From contig MCFH01000078.1 of the NCBI GenBank assembly GCA_002104945.1, positions 124,001-188,000 on the forward strand: a DNA stretch of 64,000 bases, read 5' to 3'. The notes under the pieces are model-generated. The model saw nothing but the letters and a program-made list of their open reading frames with translations. It ran no database searches and had not been told where the DNA came from. This stretch comes from Piromyces finnis finn. Taxonomy: Eukaryota; Fungi; Neocallimastigomycota. Positions 1-12,991 of this stretch are shown here, piece after piece (the stretch's first letter is position 1; each line of letters begins with the position of its first letter). The translations under genes and the position numbers were made by a program.

Positions 1-90
1 AAAATAGATAAAAAAAAATTTAAATGGATAAACTTTTTTTCATCAACATCTTTTTTTTTTCCTCCTCTTCCTTCTAAAAATTCAACTTAC

Positions 91-2201
91 TTTCATTAGA
101 ATGCTTTCCAATAATAGATTGAATAAGAGTTAATTCCTTTTCATCATCTTCACCAGATTCAATTTCATCAATAAACTTGAAACGTTCCAAGTGATCCCAT
201 TCAGAGTATTCTTCAGATTGTGGCTTGCCATTTAATTCACGATCAATCATCTTAGCAACAAATCTAGTGATCATAATTGGACAAGTTCTCTTGGTTTCCT
301 TTAATAAGTTCCAGAATTCATCAACATCTTCCTTCTTTTCTTCCTTCTTTTCTTCGGCAGCTTCAGTAGTTTCAGCTTCTGGCTTTTCTTCCTTAGCTTC
401 AGTAGATTCAGCTTCTGGTTGTTCTTCCTTCTTTTCTTCAGTAACTTCGACAGCTTCAGTTTCGGCAGCTTCAGCTTCTGGCTTTTCTTCAGTAGCTTCA
501 GCTTCTGGTTGTTCTTCCTTCTTTTCTTCAGTAGCTTCGACAGCTTCAGTTTCGGCAGCTTCAGCTTCTGGTTTTTCTTCCTTAACTTCAACTTCTTCCT
601 TTGGTTCTTCGGCAACAGCAACAATAGTAGCTGGAGCTTCATTACCAACTGGATCAGCATTGGTAATTTCAATAGCATCACCAGATTTGAGAGCTTCAGT
701 AATATCATCTAAGGTCGGTTGATATAAATATTTGTTATATTTATCCCATGATTCTTCACTACATTCCTTACTACAGAAGACGATGTTCTTGTCCTTTCCT
801 CTGACACCTTCACCTTCGAATCTCTTTAAACAATGAGAACAGTAGTTAGTGTTCTATTAAATAGTAGTATGGATAGAAAGTATCATGTATATCATGGATA
901 ATATTGGTATTATATTAATATTATTTTTATGATTGCAATTGGTTTGTATTTTTTGTTTTTCATTTGCAAAAAGATGATAATAATATTCATTATAGTAAAA
1001 AAAAAAAAAATAGGTTGTGGATATTTTGGTAAAAGAAAATATAAATAATTTTAAAAAAAAAAAAAGCAATATAAAAAAAATAATATACAAGATAAATTTA
1101 ATAATAAAAAGAAAATTAGTTATTTTAATTTGTCCATTCATAGGTATATATATTAAATTTATAATATTATTTTATTCCACATATATATATAAAAATTATT
1201 TATTACTTCAACTCTTGGATCTAAAGTAGCCATCATTGGTTTTTCCTTGTAAATAATTTCACCAGCAGCAATATCCTTAGTAACAATAATATCATAATCC
1301 TTCTTATCAATCTTAACATTCATATCCTTGCTTGGATATAAGTTGAAGTATTCTTCTTGCTTCTTTCTAACCTTTAATTTAGAAATATAAAAATATAATT
1401 AATAAAGTTTGCTTTTTAAATAAAATTTTTTTCATAGTTTCAAAAAAAAAAAAAAAATAATTTGAAACCTACATCAGCAGAGATCATTTCAATAATCTTT
1501 TTGTATACTGGTTCTGGAGTAGAACGTTGTAATAAAACAATTAATTCAGTTGGGTTTGGATAGACCTTGAAGGCTCTGTAGTAGCATAAAGCAGAAACTT
1601 CATAGTATGGTTCACCTATTCATTAATAGAATTAAAATTTACAATAATAGTAAAATTAGAAATTGAAATTTTTACTGATATACTATTTTAAAAAAGTGCC
1701 ATTTCATCTATTTAATTTTTAATTTGTTGTAGGTTACCTTGATAGGATAACATTTCACCCTTTTGTAATTGTTGCATGAAGAAAGTTTCCTTGGCTTCCA
1801 TTTCAGTTGGTATTGGTTCATCATTGATAACCTTTTTAATAGCTTCAATTTGATTTTCAATCTTTAAGGAAGCTTCATCCTTTGGCTTTGTTTCGGTCTT
1901 GACGCTTCTTATCTTCTTGGCCTTCTTTCTTTGTTTTTCTATTATTAATAAAAAAAATAGGTCAAAGTAATTTTTTTTTTAGTTTTTGCATTTTTATTCT
2001 AGGCATTCGTCTCATTTATTTTTACTATTTAATTAACAAAATATTCTTTTATGTGTATCACTATTATTATTAATATTTACTTAATTGTTTTCTAAATTCT
2101 GGATCATTTCTTCTCTTATAGTCAAAATAAACAGCATAGGCAATACTACCAACAGCAAGAGCTGAGACAGTACCAACAATAATTTGTTTTTTTGTTGGCA
2201 T
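91..2201 (-). CDS. TOM20: Tom20 (MAS20) mitochondrial/hydrogenosomal import receptor fused to a SET/MYND (SMYD-like) domain; 3' end lies beyond the window start
   Basis: Manual GT-AG reconstruction: exons 2201-2081, 1938-1738, 1615-1473, 1371-1207, 853-91, then an intron running off the edge. Translation starts MPTKKQIIVGTVSALAVGSIAYAVYFDYKRRNDPEFRKQL (TM anchor plus Tom20 YFDYKRRxDPxFRK signature), then ETFFMQQLQKGE and ALCYYRAFKVYPNPTELIVLLQRSTPEPVY (Tom20 core), then VTKDIAAGEIIYKEKP (SET N-lobe) and YCSHC...FCSKEC...W (MYND-like). Confidence 0.85.
400..580 (-). repeat. Coding tandem duplication, 90-nt period (30 aa, EEKPEAEAAETEAVE[A/V]TEEKKEEQPEAE-like), inside the Tom20-SET gene
   Basis: 421-480 and 511-570 are identical except for one base, and the flanks continue the 90-nt period. 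Confidence 0.9.
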
Positions 2202-2702
2202 TTTCTTTTTATTTTAAATATTTATTTCTATTAAAAAAAGGGGATAAAGAGAGATATAATATAGTAATGTATAATATAGATAAGGTCAATAATTATTAAT
2301 TTAAATTTTAAAAAATAATAATTTTTTAATTATTAAAATAAAAAAGTCTAAAATGTTATTTGTAATTTTTTTTTTCTTAACCAATTTTAAATACGAAAAT
2401 ATATATATGTTGATTTTCGATTATTAATGTATTGTACTTTTTAAAATAATAATAATAATAATAATTTCTTTCTTTTTATATAATGTATTAATTTAAAATG
2501 GTCACAAGATTCCTTTTGAAATAATCTTTTGAATTTTTAAAGCTTAGTATTAATATATAAAAGTTTATAATATGAATTTCTTTATTTTTTTCTTTTCGTA
2601 ATTTAATTTTATTTATAGTGAAAAAAAAAAAAATATAAAAATTATAACATTTGAAATACTGGTAGGTCAATATATCATTTTAAAAATTTCTTTTTCTCTT
2701 TT

Positions 2703-2734
<32 letters not shown>

Positions 2735-3017
2735 GGGAGAGAAATAATTTTGAAAAAGAAAAAGAAAAAATCAAGGTGTAATTGAAAAATATATTATTAT
2801 AATTTTAATAATTTCATTAATTGATATGAAAATAGTGGTTAAACTCTTTTTTTTTTTTTTTCAAAATAGACTTGTTTCAACTTTTAAAAATTATTTCACA
2901 TTTCATTCTCAACATATATATATTGATAAATAGTTTTATTTTATAGAATTGAATATTATAGTTTTAAATAGAAAAAGTAGGTACAATTTACGCCTAATAA
3001 TATAAATTATATTAAAC

Positions 3018-3018
<1 letters not shown>

Positions 3019-3063
<45 letters not shown>
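3019..3063. repeat. (AAT)n microsatellite
   Basis: Direct reading of the sequence. Confidence 0.9.
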
Positions 3064-3065
<2 letters not shown>

Positions 3066-3904
3066 AATTGTTGATATTTACAACAAAACTTTTTTTTTAT
3101 AAAAAATTTTGGAAAACAAAGATTGCAAAGAAGAAAAGAAAAAAAAAAATTTTTTTTTTATTTAAATTATTGAGGATGGAAAAAAAAATTTTTTATTTAA
3201 ATTTTTTTAGGAAGAATGTTCAAGGTAGTACAGGCCAAAACAAAGCAATAAAAAAAAATTGGATAGGAATGAAAATGAAATAAAATGCCATTCTTTGAAC
3301 TATTTAAATAAAGTCATCCTATTCTACAATAAAATAAAAAAAAAACTTTTTTTAATAAAATAAAGAAAAAATAGGATTCAACATAAAGGCAACATAAAAA
3401 GTTTTTTTTTTTTTTTTTTTTTTAGTTTATTCATTATAAAAAAGATGGTCATTGAATTTTTAAAAAAAAAAAAAAGAAAGGATTATTGAATTTAATTCAA
3501 AATAATATATTTTGATATATATTAGAATATATTATATTTAATTAAAATGTTTTTTTTTTTTTTTACGAACCTTTACCTTCCTTCACCAAATTCACCACCA
3601 AAAATTTTTATAAATTTTTATGTAAAATAAGAATAAATATAAAGGATCCATCCAATTTTAATCTATGATACAGTCAAAATTTTAATATAATTTTACATAA
3701 ATTTTAAAAAGATAAGGTAATCACATGTCTCATAAAATAGTAATGATTGGCTCGCTTGAATCTACTATTTTTTCATCCATGAAAAAAAAGACTTTACGAA
3801 AAAAGATAATGTAACGTAATGTAATGTACATTGGAAATAATTCCATGATGGAAACCTTGTAGGAAACTTTGTAGGTGGTGGATTAAGATTATTTCATAAA
3901 GCCA

Positions 3905-3995
3905 GTACTGACCACTACTGGCCAGACTTGTCTTACAATATTGACGCACTTGGTTGTTACTTGAAACCTTTTTGAACATTAGCTAAAGTTGGTCA
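3905..3995 (-). mobile_element. Decayed copy of the interspersed repeat family also found at 41.6-44.3 kb (possible non-LTR retroelement 3' remnant)
   Basis: Reverse complement aatgttcaaaaaggtttcaagtaacaaccaagtgcgtcaat aligns with aatgttcaagaggtttgaagcaacatccaagagcgtcaat at about 42834-42873. Confidence 0.5.
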
Positions 3996-5142
3996 GTAAG
4001 ACATAAATTTGATTATTCTTTTTTAACGGCATCAAATTTATGAATTTGGTAAAAAGTAATAAATATAATATCTATTAAAAAAAAAAGAAAGAGATCTTCA
4101 TGAACATCTGGTTTAATTTGGTACACTTTAGCTAATGTATATCAATCATAACCACACACAAATGAATCATCATCTTCACTATTAAATACCTTGTCTTGGC
4201 AACTAACACCTTTCTATATTATTCCTAAAAATAAATCCCATCTTTATTCTTTTTTTAATGAATTTTATTCTTCTTTCTTTCATTTGTTTATTATTTAAAA
4301 TTTCTTTTTTTTTTAAAAAAAAAAAAAAAATACAAATACTACATTTTTCATTCTCTATTAAAAAGTCTTTTTTAATAAATTCATAAATAAAAAATAATAG
4401 TACTTCTTTATAAAAATGGGTAGGAAGGAAAATATAAAAAAAGATGATCATAAAAAGAAAATTTTTCAATTTATTCATCCCTTATTTCCCTTTTTTAAAT
4501 ATATATAAATGTTCATTAATATAATAATTAAATAGATTTTTTTTTTTTTATAAAAGGTATTACTATTTCTTTTTTTAAAGAATTTTTTTTTTTTTATTTA
4601 TCAATTTTTATTTTTCATTTTCTTTCTACTATTATATATGAAAGGTATTACAAATAGATAGTGAGATGTAAATATAAAAATGAAATGATCAATTATGAAT
4701 AGAATTGATAATTTGTTGGTGTAGAGTGAAAACATAAAACTAAAAATTGATTTTACTATAAAAAAATCAACTTTGATTTTTTTTTATTTATTTATCATTT
4801 TTAAAAATTAAATTAAATATTTTATATAAATTAATGATGATGAGGTAGGTAAAAATTAATATTAAATTAGTTGAATTTCTTTATTCTATTGCGATAAAAA
4901 ATATTATAAATTAGAGTGGATATTTTATATTAAAATGGGTTTGAATAAAGGAAAATATATAAATATTAGTGAATCAAACCCACCACTATCTTTTATTCTA
5001 TTGTGGTAATAACTTTTCACTAAATGTTTTTCTACTTCATTTTGCTTTTTTCTAAACTATTTTTTTTAAAAATTTTATTTTCCTTTAATGGATTATCTAT
5101 ACTTTTTTTTAATTATTATATTAACAATTTGTTTTTGTTAAT

Positions 5143-5967
5143 TTAAACTTTTTCGACAACTGGGAATAAATTACTGTCATTTAAATTTTCTTCAACCTTT
5201 GGCTTAGAGTTGTAACTGTAAAGGTACCACATGATAGCACCGATAAAGACAGCACCACCAAGAATGTTTCCTATTGTAACTGGTAAAAGATTGTTGTAGA
5301 AGAACTTTCCCCAACTAGCATCAATACCAAGGAAAAGAGCAGTTGGAATGAAGAACATGTTAGCGACACTGTGCTCGAATCCACTAGTAACGAAAGCGAA
5401 AACTGGTAAGAAAAGACAAACGATCTTGGAGATAGCATCATCAGCGGCAGTAGCCATGAAAATAGCTAAACAAACAAGCATGTTACAAGAGATAGCACGA
5501 AGGAAGTTGTCACTCCAAGCGTTGTTAATCTTTGCCATACCAAGGTTTTTGGTGTATTCACCCCAGTTACCAGCAGTTAATGGGATATCAGCTAAGTAAA
5601 CTAAAAAGTAGGAAACAAGAAGAGAACCAATAAAGTTACCAACAAAACTGCTGACCCAGTTAATTATGACATGCTTGAATTTACATTTTTTATCAAGGAA
5701 AGCAATTGACATGAACATGTTGTTACCAGTGAATAATTCCATACCAGTGAAAACAATAATACAAAGACCGACTGGGAAAACACTACCAAGTAAGAACTTT
5801 TGGAAAGCAGGTGGAGCAGCACCAGCAGTGGTAATAGCAAAACAACCACCAAAGGCAAGGAAAACACCGGACATAATACCCTTTACAAATCCTTTAACTA
5901 ATGGAAGTTCGGACTTCTTTTTACCGGTATTTGAAATAGCTTCAGTAATCTTTTCTGGAGGTAACAT
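5143..5967 (-). CDS. Formate/nitrite transporter (FNT family, FocA/NirC/FdhC-like), intronless, 274 aa
   Basis: FNT signatures GMELFTGN, LRAISCNMLVCLA, GFEHSVANMF and VTIGNILGG; about six hydrophobic helices; higher GC than the flanks. Confidence 0.95.
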   Translation of the reverse strand: MLPPEKITEAISNTGKKKSELPLVKGFVKGIMSGVFLAFGGCFAITTAGAAPPAFQKFLLGSVFPVGLCIIVFTGMELFTGNNMFMSIAFLDKKCKFKHVIINWVSSFVGNFIGSLLVSYFLVYLADIPLTAGNWGEYTKNLGMAKINNAWSDNFLRAISCNMLVCLAIFMATAADDAISKIVCLFLPVFAFVTSGFEHSVANMFFIPTALFLGIDASWGKFFYNNLLPVTIGNILGGAVFIGAIMWYLYSYNSKPKVEENLNDSNLFPVVEKV

Positions 5968-8900
5968 TTTTATTTTATTTATTTATTTTATTAATTTATT
6001 TGGTATACTATTATTTAAAAATTAAACAAAAAAACAAAATTGTTAGTGTATATAATAAATAAATTGTTTATGGACTTTTTTTTTTAATCCTGAATAATTA
6101 TCTATATAAATTTTTAACTACTACACTCGTTTATACTGTTCATTAATCTATCAATATATATTTTAATTTTCATTTATCCTATTTATTCAATTTCCCATTT
6201 CCTTTAATTTATTTTAAAATTTTTATTCAACTTTTTATACTTTCAATCTATACTCTCTTTTGACATTTTTAAATATTTCAATATTTCCCAATAGTTCTTT
6301 CCTTTTATTAAAATAATCCTTTATACTTTACTATTAATTTTCACTATGATTTTTTTGGATTTTCTTTTATTGCACAAAATGAATTTTTTTAATTTTACTG
6401 TATATAGTATTTTTTTTATTTTTTTTATTTTTTTTAATTATTTTAATGAAAATAAAAAATTTTTTTGTTCAATTTATTATTTGTCCTTTATTTTCCTATG
6501 TAATTATGCATAATGGGATTTATTGGTTATTTTTTTTAAATATTATTTTGTGTTTCTATAATAATATAGCTTATATATATTGCTAATAAATAGAAATAGA
6601 TAAATAGTTTTATAATAATAATATATTATATTATATTATATACAAAAAAAATTTTTTATCTCTTTTAAAAAAATACAAATTTTTTAAAGTTTTAATTATA
6701 TCACTACTAAGCATTTTAACAATATTCTAATTATAAAAAAAGTACAGATGGTAATAAAAATTGACAATAAAATTATAAAAAAAATCTAATAAAATCCTTA
6801 CTTTTTATTTTTTGTTTTATTTTTTATTTTTTTGGTTTTTTTTTTTTGTTGTTGTTTTTTAGTTTTTTTTTTTATTTTTATTATTATTATAATATCTTTT
6901 ATTACAACAATATAAAAATGGATATCGGAATTGAAATTGTAAAAACGAAAAAAAAAAAATTTTGAAGGGTTTTTTCAAACCTTTTTATAATAAACGAAAA
7001 AAAAAAAACGAAAAAAAATTTTTAATTTTTATCAATACAATATTAATATATTGATTTTAATTGATAATAAATTAATACTATATATTAATGTATATATTGC
7101 AATATATTATATAATAAATTTAATTTACAATTTATGATTAATATACTAAATTTTATCAATTTATTATAAAATAATTTAAATTCATATATTAAGGCATAAA
7201 AATTTTTGTTTATTTATGACTTAATTCATTAATATATGTCGGTTATATTATAATAATATATTATAATATATTAAAATATAAATAATATAATAAATAAAAA
7301 TTTATTAATAAAAAAGTTAAGAATAAAAAAGGCATCATCATCATCCTAAGCAGTAGCAATAAAAATTATGGATGAAAAAAGAAAAAAAGAAAATGGATTG
7401 AGTGGTAATAAAAGGCAATGTTATTTTATGTTTATTCTTATTTCAATTAGTATTTCATGTCATATCAGAATATTGGAGTATTTCCTTTAAACTTTGATGG
7501 TGGTGGGGATAACCCAAGAATTACCACTGATTTGCCCTAAAAATTGAAAATTATTTAGGGTTAAAAAAAAGGATAAATTTAATTTATTGGCATTTCAACG
7601 AAAAAAAAATTTTTTTAATTAAAATATAAATTAAAGATGAATAAGATTTTTCTTGTTTTTTTATTGTAAGCGCTTGCTAAAGAGAAAATGACCACTTTTA
7701 AAAAAAGTTATTATAGACTGCGATGATGATGATGATGATGATGGCACATATAGAAAGACATGTTAAAAAGAGTCTAATATCATTACATTCTTTTTTTTTT
7801 ATAATTCTTCTTTCATTACGTACAATTATTATTAAGTATGTACATTAATTAATAATACAACAAAATGATTCGCTGGTGTTAAAGCAATAATTAAAATATA
7901 TTTATGTCTATTGTAATATATTAAAATATATTAAAAAAATACATTTATTCTAGATTCAACAAGGATAATTAAAAAGTAGACTTTTTTTAAAAAAAAAAAA
8001 GGTAAGAAAGCATCAATGCCAAAAAAAAAAAAGAGGCATAAAGATAAAAATCTTCTTAGTGTCTATTTAGTGTCTATTGGTATCTTTTCTTTTATTTATA
8101 GTCATACAGTCATATTAATAAGAAAAAGAAAAGAATCCCAATAATAAAATGATTTAATGGTCTAAAACACCAGAGTGGAATAAAGAAATTCTTTTATTAA
8201 AAAAAAAAAAGGAAAAAAAGAAGCAAAAAAATTGTTAAAGATATGTTGGAAAACAAGCACTATTTGTGATGATGAAATGATGAATTAGTTTATTATACAA
8301 AATAATTTTAGAATAAAAGGTACCTTTTTCATGATAGTAAGAAGAGAAATCACCATAGAAAGAATGAAATACAAATAAAGAAAATCAACAACATGAACAT
8401 GACTTTCAATATTTTATATTCACAAGAGATAAAGTCACCATGACTTTACCCTTTTAAACTACAAACTATGATCATACCTGTTGATTTATAAAAAATATAA
8501 AAAAATTAAAATAATATTAACAACAATATTATTTTATAAATAAAAAAAAAAGGTATCTCTATTCTCTTTTTCACAGCGTCTTTTTAGAAAAAAAAAAAGT
8601 ACACTTTTATTAAGAGTAAAAAGTCCACTTGTTATTAAAAGTTTTTATTTATTAGTTAATATATGTTCAATAATATATAATATATTGTGTTAATTTATTT
8701 ATAATATATTATGAATGTTTTAATTGCTGTCAAAAATTAAAAAAAACTTATTTTCCAATGTTTTCACATTTTTGTCCTAATAAATTATTTTAGATAGAGA
8801 GAAAAAGTTCATCTTCCTATCCAATAGAATCAAACCCATAAATTAATTTTTAAAAATTTTTAATATATTAAAGTGTAATGTAATATATGTTTTTTAAAAA

Positions 8901-9614
8901 GTTTATTTATTAATATTTTATTAAAAAATAAATTAAATTTTTTTTGTTTATTAAAAACAAATTGGAGAGGAGTGGTAAAGGGTTAGAAAAAGAAAAAGTG
9001 ATAAACCTAATCGAACACAATGAAATATGATATTTTATTAATAAAAGGTAGGAATATTATAGGTATTATAGTACCAATCCTCATGAAATGTAAAATGATT
9101 AGGAATATATCTATGATAAATAGCTTATAAAAAAAAAAGAGGAATTGAATAATATATTAATCTATCTCCATCATCCATCCATGTGTAGCATTAATGATAA
9201 TAATTAAAATTAAAATTTTAAAATTATTTAATTTAATAATGTAATACATTAATGTATACATAGAGATCATGTACAAGGAATATAGGTCATAAAGAGAATA
9301 AAGGCTACTTTTAAGTCCACCTGCCTCTTTCTACTTTCTTCATCCTTTTCATTTATCAGTAGTGTAGAATCCTTTTATTTAAATAGAAAGGTTAAATTTC
9401 TTATTAAAGATTCTAAGGTTGAAAAAAATAAGAAATAAAAATTTTTGTAAAAAATAGCTTTTGATATTTTTCTGGGAAGGAAAATAAAGAATGACGCGTA
9501 GGTGAAAGGACTAATAAATGAATGATAAGATAAATAAATAAACCATTAATAATTAATAAATAAAATAAATGATTCTATTAATATACTCTTTCTATTAAGG
9601 TTCAATATAAAAAG

Positions 9615-9647
9615 TTGTTGTTATTATTATTATTATTATTGTTATTA

Positions 9648-9729
<82 letters not shown>

Positions 9730-9800
9730 GTTTATTATTATGTTTATTATGTTTATTATTATTATGTTTATTATTATTATGTTTATTGTTGTTGTTGTGA
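9615..9800. repeat. (TTA)n microsatellite with TTG/TGT variants
   Basis: Direct reading; explains the spurious poly-Leu ORF. Confidence 0.9.
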
Positions 9801-12800
9801 ATGTGTTTTGTTTATATTAAAAAAAATAAAAAAAAAGTAAATAAACAAACAATGCATAAAATATGAAATTGTTTATAAAATTAAACTTTATATTAACTGA
9901 AGTACACATATAACGTCAGGATTATTAAAACAAAATACTTTTAATACTAAAATTGTCTTTTTTTTTAACTTCATAAAAAATAAACATATATATCATTAAG
10001 AATAGAATATTATTAATTATTAATCTATAAATAATAAAGTAAAAATCAAGGTTGGAATGGTTAATATTACAATATGGATATATAATATTATGTAGTTAGG
10101 TAGTGAATATAAGAAATATAATAATCTAATATTATCTCTATCCTTGACAAATTCAGTTATAAAGGCATTAATCATTAATAAACTTTATTTATTATAAAAA
10201 AGAAATTCAGATGAGAATACTAAAAACCATTCTTAATTACTGTAGTTTTTTTTATAGTCTTAAAAATTAATCTGTAATATATAATTAAAAATATATATAT
10301 TTGTAATATAGTAGGAGGCCTATTTTGTTTGCTCTTTTTTTATTATTATTATAAAAGTATGCAATCCTTAAAAATATATTTCTAAAAGTAAATCTATATA
10401 ATTAAGATATAATAATAAATGTAAAATTACTGCCTATTAAAAAAAGTTGTATTAGTTGTTTCCACATCATCTAGCATAGGTTTATTAATACCTTTATTTT
10501 TAAAAGACATCATTTAATTATTAATTGTTATTATTTTTAAAAGTAAATAGGAAAGCTTAAAGTTTATAAAAATAAAATTATTGTTAGTATTATCTTTGTT
10601 TTAATTAAAACCATAAAAATAATGTTTTTTATTAAAAAAAAAAAAGGTTTAATTAAACATCAAATAATTAATTTTTAATCATTAATTTTTAACTATGTTA
10701 TTAATAATAAAAACTAATAAATAATTATATATAATTATATTAATAATACCTTTTTATTAATGGCTTTGTTATAACGATACTAATAATAAACAACCTTTTA
10801 ATAAAAATATTATTAAATATTTAGATATTATTAAAAACAAAACATAAATTAAAAAAAACATTAGCTATTATCAATAATATATTTTAAATAGAATCAAAAA
10901 ATTATATATAATGCATATAATACAGAAATATACAATTAAATCAAAAGGATTTTTAACATACTTAAAATATGAATAAACTTTAAAGAAGTAAGTTACATTA
11001 TCTTTGTACTATTTATTTTAAATACTTTATAAAAAAATATAATTCATTCTATTAGAAAGGGAGGAAATAAAGTAAAATTTATAAATAGTACATTTTTTTA
11101 AAAAAAACCTATTTAAAAATTAAAAATTAAACTTATGCATCTATATTCATCTTTTGAATTTGGTAAAGATGTTTTTTATATTACACCTTTTATTCTACTA
11201 CGCTTTATTGAATGAATCAATGTATCAATACATTACATTACAATAGCATTACAAAATAAACTTTTTTTTTATTATTATAAATAAACCTCTTTTTAGATAC
11301 ATTTTAATATTCCATCTGGTTAAGAAAGATTTTACACTGAAGCTTTCATTATGACTGTAGGATTAATTTAGCTTTTTTATTATTTCTATAATAGATGTAT
11401 TTATTAAAAAAGTATTTTCATAATACTAGTTTAATTTTATATATATTTTAAATATATTGAAATGTACAAAAGTATAATTATAAAAATGTTATAATATCAA
11501 TAAGGATAAATATAAAAAGTATAGAAAAAATGATTATCACTAGACTTTTTAGAAAATATTGATATCAAATTTAAAACGCTCTTTTCCTTTTAAAATTTTA
11601 TTTATAACAAAAAAACAACCTTTATCTCATATTTTAATATTAAAGTAAAAAAAAAAAAAATGGAAACATTATTCATTATTATTATTATTAATAGTTGATA
11701 CAATTAACTATAAGAATCTAAAAAAAAAGCCAAATAATATTACCTTTCTTGGCATCCTTTTATAAAATATTCGACATTATATCATTTCAAAAAAGCATAT
11801 TCCATTTTATCCTTTAGTTAAAAAAAGGGATAAATCTAATATACTTTAACTTTCTTCTTTTGATTCTTTTTGAGAAAAAAAAAAAAAAAAAAAAAAAAGA
11901 TTTAATTTTCCAATAATTTATTGTTACTTAAAAATAACCAAAGAAAATAAAATTATCTTAAAAAAGTAGATTTTCTTTTAATTAAAATTAAAAAATTAAC
12001 TTTGAAAATATCTTTTTTTTTTTTTATTTCAATAAACATCAAATATCATTTATTAATATAAATATTGGCATTTTTTTTTTTTTTTTTTTTTTTTTACTCT
12101 TTAAGGTTGGACCATCACTTTCTTTTTAAATAAATGTATATTTTTAAGAATATGTCTCCAATTATAATTAATATAAAATATTTTTTTTTTACTCTTTATT
12201 TTCATACCTATTTTTCTTTCCTTTTTACCTTTCTATAGTACTAAAAAGAGTGGATTTTTAAATGAAATTTCCTATCATTATAAGGAAAATTTCTTTTTAT
12301 ATTATTATAGTTTTTACTATTTTCTAGTAAAAAAAAAAAAAAAGGGAATCTTTAAAACATTATTTTTAATAAGAAACCATCTACTTTACACTATTCATTA
12401 TAAAAAAAAATTGAGTATATTTTTTTTTCTTTTATATAGGAGATAATAAATAGTGTTATAATAAAACTCTCCATTATTCATAGACATCTAATAAACCCCC
12501 CTTGCATAAAAGTACTTTTAAGTTTTTTTTAAAGTTTTTAAAGTTATAGCAAATTTAATTTGATTTTTTGCTGTAAAAATATGTCTTTTCTTTTACACTT
12601 ATTGAATATACTCTAAAAATTGAATTTAAATATCATGATTAAAACCATAATTATTGAAAAATAAAATTATTGAAGCTATAATAAATAAGGTATATCATCA
12701 TATATATGTTTTTTTTTTTATTTTACCTTGCATTATATTGTATATGTGTATACATATAAAAAAAAAAAAACACTTTTTAAATTAAAAATTTAATTTATTA

Positions 12801-12991
12801 AAATTTTAAATTTATATTAAAAGACCTTGATTATTTTTAAAAAAATTTTTTTTCTTTAAAAAAAAAAAACATTTTACGAAAAAGAATAAACCTTGTGAAA
12901 TCTATTTTTAAACGTAAACTTTATTAGAAAATTATTATATAAAAAAACACATTTAAGTACTTATAAAGAAAAAGAATAAAATTCTAGGAAA

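Noticed and set aside
225-722. ORFs 225..722 (+), 301..708 (-) and 419..712 (+)
   Set aside because: Antisense or off-frame shadows of the repetitive acidic exon of the Tom20-SET gene.
857-1229. ORFs 857..1141 (-) and 1017..1229 (+)
   Set aside because: Lie in or across an AT-rich intron; F/I/K/N-biased junk translations.
2488-4478. Several 60-91 aa ORFs in the intergenic region
   Set aside because: Homopolymer-driven low-complexity translations; 3794..3979 overlaps a decayed repeat copy.
5348-6025. ORFs overlapping the FNT gene
   Set aside because: Alternative-frame or antisense shadows of the FNT CDS.
9615-9800. Poly-Leu ORF
   Set aside because: Translation of a (TTA)n microsatellite.
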